The notes beneath the pieces are model-generated. The model did no database searches, was not told where the DNA came from, and worked only from the letters and a program-made list of their open reading frames with translations. Shown one piece after another: positions 15,916 to 31,793 of a stretch of DNA of 64,000 bases. Position numbers and translations under genes: made by a program. The first letter of the stretch is position 1; each line of letters opens with the position of its first letter. Source of the stretch: the human T2T-CHM13v2.0 reference genome, Homo sapiens; assembly GCA_009914755.4 (NCBI GenBank), contig CP068257.2:41824001-41888000 (forward strand), written 5' to 3'.

Positions 15916-18810
15916 GGCGGAGGTTAGTAACCTCCTGGTGGGAGAGCTCTCCAGGCTGTCCAGGGCCTGCACCATCAGCCCTCAGGGCCCTTCCTGCTGC
16001 CCTCACAAGCTGATGCCACTCTGGGCCCTGGGTTTCAGGAGAAAATGACCTCTGTAGAAGCTCCCCCTGCCCAGCCCTGGGGAGGAGGCAAGCCAGGGGA
16101 GCTCTCGCGAAAGCCCCCAGGAGCACAGCTCTCCTCCCTTCCTTCTCCCTGATCGGTGGACCTATGCAGGGACATGACAGCAGCGTGTCACCCACCCTGG
16201 CCACCACTCCCTCCTGGCAGCCCCAGACTGACAGTCTCTGCCTTTCCTTCTTTCTAGTGGCAGCGTCTCTAAAGCAGCTTCTCTTTCGCCTGTTTCCGAC
16301 CTGACCCCATCACCGGCTGCCCGAGGCCACCCTGCAATCAGCCATATAGGCATTCCCAAAGCCCAGTGAACCCCTGATAGTACGGTGTCCGCCAGGAATG
16401 AGGTGGGCACTGGAAATCCATGCATGATAGGAACCAGAAGAGGGTTGGCCCTTCACCCTCCCCACCTTCTGGCCCCCAGACTGGTAGCTTGCCCCCGGGG
16501 CCTCCTCTGGGCTAGGGTCTGCCCACCAATGCTTGCTCCTGTGACAGGCAACAGCAACTCCAGATGTCCCATCACAGCTGCCCACCGGACACAGATATGG
16601 GGACACCAAGTGCGCAGGGGGCAAAGTCATCTGCGTTGTGCTCAGCTGCCGCCGCCACACAACAGCACCAGAAGAGCTCCCGCCGGGTGTGCTCACACCA
16701 CACGCTCTCACTGCACACATGCTGGGTTGGTGCCCCGTCCGCTGAAGGGACATGCCACCGAGCATGCCGGGTGCCACCGAGCTGCTGGCATGTTCGGTGC
16801 CTGCTGGCTGAACCTCGGAGTTGCGTGGCGGTGGCTTTGCTTCATCACTGTCTGGTTCACCGTGCTCTAAGTTCGGGAGCCCTGCGAGCAGTGATGCGTG
16901 GCCACGTCTACAGCCTCGCTGGCCTGTCACGTTCCCAGGTCAGGCTCTCAGCTCCAGCGGGAATCTCCCATTCCCCTACTGTCTTAGTCCATTCTGGCTG
17001 CTATAGCAAAATCCCACAGGCGGGCGGCTTCTCAGCAGCAGAAACCTATTTCTCACAGTCCTGCAGGCTGGAAGTCCCAGACCAGGTGCCCGCGTGGCCG
17101 GGCTCTGGCGAGGGCCCACCTGCGGCTTGCCCATGAGCGTCTTCTCACTGTGTCCTCACACGTGGAAGGAGCAAGGGATCTCTCCTTCCTAAGGGCACTC
17201 ATCCCAGCATGAGGGCTCTGTCCTTCAGGCCTAATCACCTCCCAAAGGCCCCACCTCCTAATGCCACTGCTTTGGGGGTGAGGATTTCCACCTGAGTTTT
17301 GGGGGAACATGAGCGTCCAGCCCTCAGCAGCTGTTACTGTGACCCGCAAACCTGCCGCCCCCCTGCTCTTGCCCAGCGATCCACAGGCACCCCAGCCCTT
17401 CCCATAGCAGGGACAGGAAAGGATTCAGATCCCACGAGGAAAGCCCAGTTCACACATCCAGCTCAGCCCTGCATGTCCCACGTCCTGCTGGGAGCTAGTG
17501 GTGTTCATCATAACTCAGCCCCAAGGCAGCCAGCAGCACAGGTGCCACCAACATACAGGGAAATCTGCATCACTTGGTGCCTGTCTGGTGTTCAGTTTCT
17601 AGGTGGCTGGTTCTACCCCTGCCATGCACGGGTTCCCACCCCCGCAGCTGCCTCTTCTATCCCCATGATCAGGGGTGGCCAGGCCCCCCCTCCCCTTCTT
17701 GGTGGAGCCAGCACTTCCTGCAGGTTCTGGACAACTGGCTGAGACTGGCCTGGGTGCTCAGGGTGCCAGGACTGCTCAGGCCACGCCACACCCAGGCTGG
17801 GAGCTGCAGCCGCCACAACAGCACCTCCCAGCTGCCCTCTGCTGCTGCAGCCAACATCACAATGTCATGTCACAGCAGGTGACACAAACCCCACACAGGC
17901 ACAGTCCACGCAGCCCCAGTCCCATCTCATCTCTCCTTCTCTGTCCCTGCTCCCAGCCTATTCAGCCTGAAAACCCACCCCCTCCCTGGCAGAGTCAGCT
18001 GGCCCCGGGCCCACTAGGGGGACCAGCACTGATGCTGCACACTGCCAAGTCACCCAGCAGACATGAGGGCAGGAGAGCAGGCTGGGCAGGACCACCCACT
18101 GACCTGTCCCCCTGCCTCCTGGGGCTTCCACGTCCCCACCTATGCATGGGATCTGCGGGGGCTGCACCCACAGGCTCGCTGTGAGCAGGATGAGCTCCAT
18201 GCGTGGTGAGGGGTCTCCACATGTTCCTGTTATTGCGGATACAGTGACAAGCCCTGAATTTCAAGCGCTCCCATCCAGCAGGAGCGGGGCAGAGAGTGGG
18301 GGCTGGGGCTTCCATGAGGGGCCGTCTCACCAAGCCCTAGGCTCGGGCACCAGAATCACACTCTGTACTGGGCTCCCTGTTTTGAGGCACTCCAGGGCTT
18401 CCCAGGGCCCTTCCAGGTGCCCTCCTGCCAAGGGTCCAGGGGTCTCAGGTTCCCTGCGCTTGCCTGTCTGGGAAGAAGCTGAGCTGATGGACCCCGCACC
18501 CCACAATACCACTGTCCTGGGGCTTTAACACTTAAGAGACCAGCACTCTCCCCACCGTTTTACTTTCTGAACCTTTCAAACACATGGCAATTTATTTAGC
18601 CAGTTGTGCAGTGAAGACCCATGCACTCCCAGACACTCCCATGCACAGCGCACTACACTTGCCTAGCCCAGGTCCATCCACCCATCTTACTTCTGATGCA
18701 TTTCAAAGTAAGTTATTGCAGCATTTCTCACAGAAAAAAACAAATCTAAAGATCCATCACTAGGCAAGACTAGTGAATAAACCACAGCATATCCATACAA
18801 GGGAATATTA

Positions 18811-19165
<355 letters not shown>

Positions 19166-20865
19166 TCAAGTGAATATGGAAAAGTACAGAACCGTGAACA
19201 GACAAAGCTACCATCTGTGCAAACATCTACACAAAGATCCTGCCTAAGCCGCAGAAAGTGGAGGCGGCAATCCCTGGGGCCGGCCTCGGCCAGGAGGGGT
19301 CCAGGTCCTCCCACAAATAACCCAACCTCCCGTCCTTCAGAGGCACAGCCCTTGGAGGTGCCTGGTGGAACTGAGCATGGCTGCTCTCCGTGGGAACCGC
19401 TCAGCAACTCAGCTGCACAGACTCCTTTCTTCCCACCTCTCCATCCCACTGCTCCCTCCTGTCCCCTCGGGCTTCCTGGGTCACCTCCAGGTAATCCACC
19501 TGCACCCAAGCCCCTGCCTCGGCTCTGCCTTCAGGGGAACCCAAACCAAGACACATCTCTTTTACATCAAATGCAGTGTGTTTTTCTGCTGATAGACATG
19601 GAAAGGCCCTCAGGGGAAACACAAGAATCTGGCGACAATGACCGCCTTTGGAGAGACACCAGTAGGAGACACCAGTAGGACGTTTACTACTCACTCTTCC
19701 TTTAGTTGCTTCTGTGCCTTCTGAAACTTGTTCCCTGGGCATATCTAACTTACTCAAAAACTTACTCTTTCATAAAAGACATCAACTCCTAGACGTCTGC
19801 GCGAGAGAAGCGGAAACACAAGTGCCGTGACGTGTTCAGCCACTTGATTCCCAATAGCCACAACGTGGGCACCCCAGCATCCATCAGCTGCTGGGCAGAT
19901 GCACAGGACACGCATACGATGAAACCTGTTCGGCCATGGAAAGGAGGGAGGCTCTGACTCACGCCACAGCACAGACAAGCCTCAGGACATGCTGCTCAGT
20001 GAGAGGCCACATCCTGTGACTCTGCTGCTGGGAAATATTCAGAGCAGGCGCATCCACAGGGACAGGAGCTATGCCAGGGCTGCCAGGGCCTGGGACAGGA
20101 ACGGGATGAGCCGTGAAGGGGCACACAGGGTCTATCTGGAAGGATGCAATGTTCCGACGGTGGATCGTGCTGGTGGCTGCATGATGCAGTGACAACTGCT
20201 GAATCGTACACCTGAGACTTGGGTAGCATGCAAACTCCACCTCAGTAAAGTTTTTTAAAAACAACAACAAAAAGGTGACTGACACCTCAGAACCTCCAAG
20301 TGGGGGCAGCGGCGGGCACTGCCTGCTCCTGCTGGCGGGAACTGGGTGGGCTGAGCCCCCGCAGGCAGTCCTCCCGGGAAGGCCTGGCTGCCAATGCCTG
20401 GACACAGCTATCTGGGTGACCGGGCTCCACGACATTTGCATAGGATGCAGCAGGGTAGCCACAGCACGCCCCTTTCTCAATCTCATTTCTGCAACTCAAA
20501 TAAGAAAATCTTAAACAAATAAACCAACAAAAGGAGTGACACACGGAGCTCCTGGCCGGGGTGCAGGGCTGTCTTGAGCCCCCAAGGATCTCTGTGCAGA
20601 CAGGCTCTTGGCCCACACCACTGCCCAATCCTCCTTCTGATGGGCTGTGACCCAGGGACACTTCTGTAGGCATCGTCCTGCACGGGTGGAATGGGAGGGC
20701 TGAGGCCAGGCCAGGCAGCGTCCTGTACACTCAGGAAGACCCCATGACTTCGCAGGGGGTGGCAAGGACCCAGGAAATGTCCATCCCCCATTTTATCCAC
20801 AACAACACTGAGGAGCCCTCAGGTCCTGGCTTTTACACCCCTCCCCCACGGGCCCATTGCCCCCT

Positions 20866-21266
20866 GTGGTAGGTAGGCCATTCTTGCATTGCTATAAAGA
20901 AACAAACTGAGACTGGGTAATTTATAAAGAAAAGGGGTTTGATTGGCTCAGGTTCTGTAGGCTACACAGGAAGCATGGCACTGGCATCTGCTTGGCTTCC
21001 GGTGAGGCCTCAGGAAGCTTTCAATCATGTCGGAAGGCACAGGAGGAGCCCATGTGTCGCACAGCAAGAGCGGGAGGGCAGGTGGCAGGTGGAAGATGCC
21101 ACAGACTGTTTCCCAGCTCTCTCGAGAGCTCACTGACTATCACAAGGACAGCACCAAGCCAGGAGCCACCCCTATGATCCAGCTCCTCCCACCAGGCCCC
21201 ACCTCCAGCACTGGGGACTACATCCCCACATGAGACCAGAGCGGGACATCCAAGCTATATTGCCCT
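20866..21266 (-). mobile_element. MaLR LTR (THE1/MST-like), antisense
   Basis: The plus strand reads ...ttgcattgctataaagaaacaaactgagactgggtaatttataaagaaaaggggtttgattggctcaggttctgtaggc...atgatccagctcctcccaccaggccccacctccagcactggggactacat... This is the reverse complement of the THE1/MST consensus (tgatatggtttggc...cccacccaaatctcat...taaattacccagtctcaggtat...). Confidence 0.75.
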
Positions 21267-21321
21267 CTTCAACAGGGAGGAGCAGAGGCTGCACACTGTG
21301 TGCTGCTCAGAGCAGCCAGAG

Positions 21322-21547
21322 ACCAACAGCAAACGAAAAGGAGAAACACCAACACCAAACGAAAAGAAGGAGAAACACCAACACCAAACGAAAAGAAGGA
21401 GAAACACCAACAGCAAACAAAAAGGAGAAACACCAACACCAAACGAAAAGAAGGAGAAACACCAACACCAAACGAAAAGAAGGAGAAACACCAACACCAA
21501 ACGAAAAGAAGGAGAAACACCAACACCAAACGAAAAGAAGGAGAAAC
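21322..21547. repeat. Minisatellite with about 8 tandem copies of a 29-bp unit (accaacaccaaacgaaaagaaggagaaac)
   Basis: Direct reading. The units are near-identical with a few substitutions (e.g. agcaaacaaaaaggagaaac). The run directly abuts the end of the MaLR LTR. Confidence 0.9.
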
Positions 21548-21632
21548 AGAGCCAGCACAAGGCGGGACCAACCCTGGGCGTGTTCAACAGAGCCCTGCAG
21601 CTCTATAATGTTTTAGTTATTAAAGTGAATGT

Positions 21633-21954
<322 letters not shown>

Positions 21955-22364
21955 TTAATGTAAGAATAAGGGGAACTTTGAAAAAGCAGTTTTCTTATCA
22001 TTTAAGGCTTATTGGTGTAACTACATCTCCTTAAACCATTAAAACCATAATCAATGATTTAGGGTGAGTGATTCTTCCAAACACCTTAAACTTCTTGAAA
22101 GCAAACAAAACACACAAACATATAAACTGGGTTCCACACAATCAGGGTTTGCGTCATCTATTTGTTTCTCTGCTTGTGTAAACCACCCTAGCTTATAACA
22201 CTGCCTGTTTTGAAGACTTCTTGGAGTTTAAGTAATATTACGTTCATACTTTGCTGGGGTTACAGAAGACCTTTGTGACCCAAAGGAAAAATGTTACCTT
22301 TTCAGCCTAATGGTGATTATGGGATGAATAATCCACCTATTGGCTGATTTTTAACTTAAAAAAA

Positions 22365-22648
22365 TGTTTTCGAGACAGGCTCTCACTCTGTCACCCAGGC
22401 TGGAGCGCAGTGGCACCATCCTGGCTCACTGCAACTTCAAACTCCTGGACTCAAGCAGTCTTCCCACCTCAGCCTCTTGAGTAGCTGAAACTGCAGGCAT
22501 GTGCTACCACACCTGGCCAATTTTTTCTTCATAGAGATAGGGTCTTGCTCTATTGCCCAGGCTGGTCGCAAACTCCTGGCCTCCAGTGATCCTCCCATCT
22601 CAGTCTCTCAAAGTGCTGGATTACAGGCATGAGCCACAGGGCCCGGCC
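22365..22648 (-). mobile_element. Alu SINE (antisense, older AluJ-like)
   Basis: gagacaggctctcactctgtcacccaggctggagcgcagtggc ... ctggattacaggcatgagccacagggcccggcc. Target-site duplication atttttaactt / aatttttgactt. Confidence 0.9.
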
Positions 22649-23488
22649 AATTTTTGACTTTTTATTAGGAAATTGCCAAATATATACCAACGGAAAGCAA
22701 AGTATACTAAACACCCTGTACCTGTCAGCCCTGCAGCCCTCATCACAGTGGCTGGTGACCAGTGGCCTCTCATCTGTACCCCATGGCACCCTGAGCCCCG
22801 TCCCCACGCGAGCACCACTGGCGTATTTTGAAGTAAATCTCTCCTTGCACCACCAACAGTGCAGCAGAATCTCTAAATGACAGCTCTTTCTAAAAAATAA
22901 TCACGATCCCATTATCACACCCCAAAATAAGTAATTCCTTCATACCACCAAAGTTCCCAACTGCCTCATCAATGCTTTTGGTAGCCTCTGTCTGTTTGGT
23001 TAGTTTATGACAATCAGGGTCCAGGCAAGGTCTGCGTGCTGTGTTTGGCGGCTAGAGCTCATCTACCTTTTTTTTAATCAACAGACAAGATTCCTTCTCT
23101 TTTTCCTTTCATTGATTTGTTGAGGACAGGACACCAGGTTGTTGCCGGGTCTCATGGCCTGTGTGTGGCTGGGTGCAGTTCAGCACATTCCCCTCTGTGC
23201 CTGGTACACCAGTGCGTAGAACCAGAGGCTGGCCTCATTCAGGCTGGTCCCAGTGGGGCCGTGTGATTCCCAGCACGTCCCATCCGAAGGCGCACGGCGT
23301 CTGGTTGTCCCTGTCCTTCTGATTAGATCGATTGGGGTCCATCTATGGCCAGCCTGCCTCACACCGTGAAGGCCCCCGACAGCCTGTCGCCTCCTAATTT
23401 CTGCAGCCATTGAGGACCAATGCCCACATCTGAGATTTCACTGGAAGTTGCAAAATGGCAATATTTTAATTCATTCTTCATTTATTAG

Positions 23489-23793
<305 letters not shown>

Positions 23794-25185
23794 TATTAGC
23801 TAACCGTCTATGAAGAACTTTCCATCATCAACTCTTTGTTTGCCAGGACAAGCAGGATACATACTTGATTCTGTCCCTTTATGAGTTTTCAGAATAAGGT
23901 GATCCCCCACCTTTTTCAAGGTGAAGGAGTTATTAATCACCTTTTAAAAAATACCCATGACGGCAAGCAGCGGTGCAGGCCATGCAGCATAAGGCAAGGT
24001 GGCCTGGGTGTGCAGAGGCCACAGCCACGGAGGGAGTCCAGGGAGGAAACCGCGCCATGGAGACCTCAATGAAGCCAGGGCCTGAGCCTGGCAGGAAAGG
24101 GGACGTCACGTACCAAGGTCCCGAGGCAGGGGGGACCTGAAGATGGACGTGTGGTACAGGTTACCTGGCACAGCAAGGGAGGTGGCTGGAGCCTGAGGGA
24201 CGGCCACACGGGCAGAGAAGACACTCGGGGCTCTCGTCTCGGCTCCCATTCTGCCTGCGCTGGAGCTGCAGCTGCTGCCCGGGGCACGGAGAATTCGAGG
24301 GAGAGGCTTTCCAGGCAAGTCCAGGGGAGTGAGAGACACAGAAGTTAAGGGTCCCTTGAATGGTGATTAACATGACAGCCATGCAACCTGAACAGAGAAG
24401 AGGGAAGGGAGGGCCAGGGCAACAGCACCCCAGGGCCATGGGAAGCCAGCAGGCGTTGTGGCTGAGCTGGGGAGAACAAACACCGTGAAGGGGCCACTGA
24501 GGGGCCCAGCCAAGGCAGCCAGGCTGGCTGGACAGTTCGGGAGGGCCTCATGGGCAGCTCTGAGGCAGGGGCGATGCGTGGCGGCAGCTTCACGGTCCCT
24601 GAGGGGCAGTGCCATCTCCCCAAGGCTGCGAGCCAGGGCTTCCCTGTGCCCCCCACTGTTGCCCCTTCTATGCCCCTAGCCCTTCTGATGAGTCAGCTGG
24701 TGCCAGGTAGGAGGGGGGATAATTTACAACCAACATTTGCATTTTAACAGGAACGTCCTTGAGACAATTTCCTAAAGCAAAAGAGCGACTGTGGTGTTAT
24801 CAGTAGCCACCATGTAGGCGTCAGCTCCTTAGTCCAACTGCCAGCCCCTGAGCCACTGTTTTCCCCTTTCGTGGAAGAGGAAACTGAGGCTGAAGGTTGA
24901 GCAGCATGCCAAGATTCCACGAGAGGGCAGCCGGAGCCCAGCCACCCTCCTCCAGTGGCTGCCACACCCTGGGGGACCTCACCAATCCCTGCCACTACCC
25001 CTACCCACTGCAGCCTAGCCCTTGGGTGGCAAGAGAGGGCAGGGTCAGCAGCATAGCTGGATAAACCGACCATCAGCAGAGACCCTGGGACCCCTCAGCC
25101 ATCGCCTGAGGGAGGCTCCTCCGGATGGGACCAGCTGGCCTAGTGGCTCTGGCCAGGGCTGCAGGGAACAGGATGCTCCCTCTCA

Positions 25186-25262
25186 GAAGCCGACTCAGCT
25201 CTGCCACGCGGCTCAGCTCTGCCATGTGACTCAGCTCTGCTACGTGGCTCAGCTCTGCCACA
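25186..25262. repeat. Short minisatellite with about 3.5 copies of a 21-bp unit (gctcagctctgccacgyggct)
   Basis: gactcagctctgccacgcggctcagctctgccatgtgactcagctctgctacgtggctcagctctgccacag. Confidence 0.8.
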
Positions 25263-26949
25263 GGGCACAGGATGGAATGCCCCAAGATGCCGCAATGCTC
25301 CTCCTGGTCCTCCAGTTACGCGGCCTCCCCTTGGATGTTTCTAACAGTATACGTGTGCTTGTTTCTGGGGCTCCCCCGAGTGGGAGCCTGGGAAGGACCA
25401 GCCGTCCACAGGGCCCTCGGTCTCTGCCCCAGCCGGTGGTAAAGTGTGGCTGCGGCTGTGCTACCACCTCCAGGTGAGGGGCCAGCCACAGGTGGTCTTT
25501 TGTGTGATGGGCTGTCTAGGGAGGCCCTGCTGCCCATGGGTGCCATCGATTTGCAGTGCAGGGGCCCATATGACCCTGGAGGAAGGACGTCCTGTGAGCC
25601 TTGAGCCTGTGCAGCAGCCCAGATCAGAACCACACACTGGAAACCCCCTTCAGCTAAGGTGGTCTCTCCCCCAACACAATCCCCCTGACCAAGACTTCCT
25701 GACGTCCTGAGGGTGCGTCTGCCTTCCAAGGCGAACATCTCACACCAACTCTGCAGCCAGCAAGTTTGCGTTAGAAGCTGGAAGCCTGCTGTTGGGGGAG
25801 CAGACCAGGACTCCTCACACCCCAAGAGTGGCTGCTAGACACTCCCTAGCATGCCCCGTGCCTGTCTGACCCCATGAAGCCTGACCCTGATCGCCGAGTG
25901 TGGCTGACTTTCTGAGCCCCTAAGGAAAAACTCCAGAGTGACCCTTAAACTTTGTAAAGGGCAAAGAGGCCTGTGGGCGGAGACGGGGGAGGGGTTTCTG
26001 CTGGGTCCTGCCTGAACAGGTCTGAGGCCAAAGGATCCCTAGGGCCGTCCTGGGTCAGAGTGAGGGGGGGCACACAAGCCCTCAGGACCCACCAGGCGAG
26101 TCCAGGGAAGGCCCATGAAGGTGGCCACCGTGAGCCTTGTGGTCCACAGGGCCAGGCTGGCACATGCTGTGTTCTCACCCAGAAAGGCCGTTCCAGCTCC
26201 TTCTGGACTCCTCCTCCTCCTCCCCAGTGTTCTCTGTCTCTCTGCCCACCCCGCTCTCTGTCTCCCTCACACACAGAGTATAGAATTGTGGGGAGATGAC
26301 TCTGTATTTCCTCATCGTGCATTTATCACAGTGACTCATCCATCTGTGGCTGCTGGGTGACTGGCAGGGTTTGCGTTGAGCTTCCGAGTGAGGTTGATTC
26401 GGAAGAGGAAGGCATGACTGCCTGGCTATTAGCAGAATGTCCGGCGTGGGCAGTGCCACCCAGCTGTCGACACTGACACCCAGGCTACCCTGACAGGTGG
26501 CCACAGGGGGATGTGTGTGTACGCAGAGTTTCTCAGGACTCAACCTTCTTAAAAAGGAGGTTTGCAGTGAAGAGCACAGGGGTACCCATCGGGAGAGGAC
26601 GGAAATGCTTCCATCAACCCACTGGGTTTGGGGAACAAAGCAGAAGTGTGTTAGGGCAGGTGTCAGACCACCTGCGAACCCTGGGCTGCTGGAGGCCTGG
26701 CCTCTTGCACGAGCCTCTATCCACTCAGATTCACGGCAGGATCTGCCCCCGACAAAGGACTTCACCTGGACCGAGCTCCTGGGCCCCAAGCAGCTGACAT
26801 TTGATTCTCGCAACAACTGTGCAGTAAGTGTGGTTACAGCCCCCACTCCGTGCCCAGAAAGTTCCACCATCTGACCAGGCAGGCGCAGAGACCCATGGCG
26901 GGGCAGGGCAGAACCCCCCGCCCGTGAACATCTCCCGCCCCAGCTTCCC

Positions 26950-27022
26950 TTTGCGGGGCGCCGCAGCACTCCTGGGTTCTCCCCCTCCGCGGGGCGCCAC
27001 AGCACTCCTGGGTTCTCCCTCC
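26950..27022. repeat. Tandem duplication of a ~36-bp GC-rich unit
   Basis: tttgcggggcgccgcagcactcctgggttctccccc followed by tccgcggggcgccacagcactcctgggttctccctcc. Confidence 0.8.
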
Positions 27023-27560
27023 AAAGGGGAAGAATGATGGAGACGGCGAGAATCTGCATGTGCCCGTGGCTGGCAACTGCTTGTGAGAAGGAGACCAAAG
27101 TCATCGGCTCACATCAGGACTTCCACCTGGCCTCTCCCGGAGGCCACCTCGCTTGGACAAACTCAAGTTTCCAACTGAACTAGGAGAAGAGCAGATGCTT
27201 GCTGGAAAGAGGGATCTGTCCCAGGCAGACTGGCCCACATTTCAGTGGCAGGGCAGCAGCCCTTCCTGAGATTCTCTCTGAAATGATTTTTTGACTAGGA
27301 TGTGGAGAAGACACACAGAAAGAGAGGTCTTTCCGAAGCAGTGAAATTTTACAACAATTCAAAGCTGCTACCACTTGCTTTGGCTGGGATCCAGCTACTG
27401 AAATCCAGAGACATCTATGAAAACACCCCTAATGTGAACCTGCTGCCCGAACTCCAGCTCACTCCCTTGTCCTGTGGAGCACGGACTCCCAGGAGTGGTG
27501 CTCTATAGCCCCAGAGAGCACCCAGGCCAGCCAGCTGATTTCACCCATCTCTCTCTCAAA

Positions 27561-27568
27561 CACACGTG

Positions 27569-27598
<30 letters not shown>
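27561..27598. repeat. (CA)n microsatellite
   Basis: cacacgtgcacacacacacacacacacacacgcacaca. Confidence 0.9.
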
Positions 27599-27599
<1 letters not shown>

Positions 27600-28146
27600 C
27601 ACTCCCCTGCCACACACTATCACTCACACATGCTGACACACAAAGGCATCCAAATTGGAAAAGAAGTAAAATCCTGTTTGTACACCGAAAACTAAAGATT
27701 ACACACACACACACATCTGCTAAAACTAATAAATGAATTCAGCAAAGTTGCAGCATACAAACTCAACCTGCAAAAATCAAGCTCATTTCTATACGCTAAC
27801 AAATGGCAACCCAAGAACAAATGAAGAAAGCAAGTCCATTTGTAGCATCAAAGTGAATGACACACTTAGAAATTAAACAAGGAGGTGAACGATTTCTACA
27901 ATAAAAACTACAAAATGTTGCTGAAAGACATTAAAAAAGACATTAAAAGACATCCCATGTTCATGAATTGGAAAACCTAATATTGAGATGTTAATACTAC
28001 TCAAAGCAATCTATAGATTCAACGCAATAACTACCTACCTAAATCCAACAGCACTTTTTAAAGAAATTTTAAAATCCATTCTACAATTCATATGGAATTG
28101 CAAGGGACTCTGAATAGTCAAGACAATCTTTTTTTATTTAAAAAAC

Positions 28147-28637
<491 letters not shown>

Positions 28638-28943
28638 CAAGGCAATCTGGAAAGAATAAAGTTGGAAGACTCACACTTTCATATTTCAAAACTTACTACA
28701 AAGCTACAGTAATCAATGGAGTGTGATACAGGCATGAAGACAGACATATGGACCAGTGGAATACAACAGTCCAGAAATAAACCCTGGCATGTATGGCCAG
28801 ATGATTTTTGATGAGAGTATGAACACCATTTAATGGGGAAAGGACAGTCTTTCCATCAAATAGTGCTGGGAAAATTGGAAATCCAGTTAAATTTTTTAAA
28901 AAAGTGAAGTTGGATCTTTACCTTACACCGTATACAAAAATTA

Positions 28944-29120
<177 letters not shown>

Positions 29121-29173
29121 TTACTCCGTTTTTAAAAGTAGGGAAATTCTGACACATGCTACAACATGGATGA

Positions 29174-29494
<321 letters not shown>

Positions 29495-31274
29495 ACAATG
29501 GTAAAATTTGTATTGTGTATTTTACAGTAATAAATATGCCAAAGGCTAAAAAAAATAAAGGTACAGTGGCCAGAGGAAGAAGGGCCCAACCTGGAATTGG
29601 AGCAGAGCTGTGGGTGGGTGAAGACCCCGTGGTAGGCAATGCATTTTAGCTGATGGGGTGCAGTAGTGTGTGCCGGGCAAAGCGGACAGTTCCAGCTCCC
29701 ACATCCAGGCTGCAGGGCCTTCATCCACCCAGCTGGGAATGCCTGCTCACTCTGCAGGAATGTGCAGCTGCTACTCACCCCGTCTTGTGACCACCAGCAA
29801 ATGGTTTGTTGGTGTTAAGCTGTGGCCTCAGCCACCTCAACAGGGCCCTGTCTGGCCATGGAGACGTTCCCCAAGTTCCAGTCATTGTCAGCTGCTGGGA
29901 CACTGCGGTACTGAATCAGCCCGTTGGAGTCATCCAAGTGTGAAAAGGTACCTGAATGAGGGCAGCCTGGGGACAGGAGAGCTTTCTGGAACATGGGGCA
30001 GGAAGGTAGCCTGGACTTCTGAGACACAGCCACTGGCCCTGGCCCTGGCCCTGGCCCAGTGCCCGGGAGCAGCCTAGCCTCCTCCTCCCAACACCCCTGC
30101 TCCCAGGCGCCAGGACAAGGGGCCAGAGGAGACCCAGATGGCCCAGATCCAATCCTTCCATGGTCCCCTGGGTGGGGCCAGTGCAGGGACCTCCCGGAAG
30201 CCACTGCTGTCTCCATCGCCACCCAGACTCAGGCCAGTCTGAGAACCCAGGATTAGGAAGTCATCTCTGAGATGGTCGGGTTAACACTTTCACGTGGTGG
30301 GTTAACATCTGCTGTTATAAACTTCACCGTAAACACACACTGTGCCTTAAGACGTTAGCTAATGAGAATACAACAAACACATAATTTTAAATGTACACAC
30401 ACACACACAAATAGCTGGGTGTGCAAACATTTTTTACACTTTACACAAAAGAACTTGGTGGCTTCTAGGCTGGAAGACGAGGCCCTCTGAGTCCTGTTGG
30501 GAGCGTGGGGTGTGATCCTGGGACAGAAGCCTTCAGCTGAAGGGGTGGGCAGGATGGAGGCCCTTCCACCAACAGAACCCTGAAAGGGACTTGGGACAAA
30601 TGGCCAGCCTGCCCGCAGAGGGCCTGGAAGGGCAGGCCGGGAGCAGAGGAGGCTGCTGTCTAAATATGAGGCGCTATTCCTGGCGGCCACATGTTCACAT
30701 TGCCCACAGAGCCCAGAGGGCAGCTCCGGACACAGCCAGGCCTGGGGGAGGGGCGAGCCTGGTATTATGGGAGAGGGTGGTCAGAATGCCACCAGCCAGG
30801 ACTGATGCAGGGTGAGGACAGGGGACCAGGCCTCCTCCCACCTGTGACTCTCCCTGTCCTGCCCACCCACCCACGGAACCACAGGAATGTGCTAGGGATT
30901 GCAGGGGATGTTGTGCCCACTCTGCTACCTTCCATCCCTGTGCACTGCCCTACCAGCCCCCTCCCCGCACCTGCTGCAGGGGCCCCGGGGGTGCCAGGGC
31001 CTGCCCAGGTCCCAGATCCAGACTTTCAAGGTGTGCAAATCACAGGATTTGTCCTAACAAGAGGGAGGGAAGCTTCCAATGTCATCTCCCTGCATTTCTG
31101 AGCCACCGAGGACTTCAGAATCACTTAAAGGTAGTGCAATTCACCCCCAAATCACTTACTTTTCCAAAAATTGGGGCCAGCTAGGGGGTGTCTGGGATGC
31201 AGCGGAAATCACCTATGGGGAAGTCAGTGCTGTAACAACAATGCTGGCTTGATCCCTTCCTGCCCCCCACCTGC

Positions 31275-31793
31275 TCACACACCACACACTCATACCACAC
31301 ACTTATACCACACTCACAGCATACACCACACTTATACCACACACGCTCACACCACACATGCACACTCACACCAAACTCATCACAGCCACATCACACACCA
31401 TACATGCATACACGCCACACTACATGCACACATATCACACACAGCACACATGTATACCACACGTGATCACACACTTATACCACGCTCACCCCACACACTC
31501 CACGCACCATACATGCACACACATCACACATATACCACACACACACCCACACACCACATTCACACCCTACACAGCCCACACACACGCTGACACCACACAC
31601 ACCCCAAACACACCATACATGCGCAGACACCACACAACATACATGCACACACCACACACTGCATTCACACTACACACATATACCACACACATACCCTCAC
31701 ACCACACACGCGCACACACACTCTACATACCACACATGCACCCCCCACCCCTCACACACACATGCATACCACCTCCCACCACCCTACACACAT
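31275..31793. repeat. Long degenerate CA-rich low-complexity block (cacacac / catacac / cacatgca motifs)
   Basis: About 520 bp composed almost entirely of C and A with occasional T/G. No higher-order period is evident. Confidence 0.85.

Noticed and set aside
19790-19960. Small CpG-dense patch (gacgtctgcgcgagagaagcggaaacacaagtgccgtgacgtg...) with a CRE-like tgacgtg
   Set aside because: It is too short (under 200 bp) and too CpG-poor overall to be a CpG island. I found no TATA, Inr or downstream exon. It is most likely chance.
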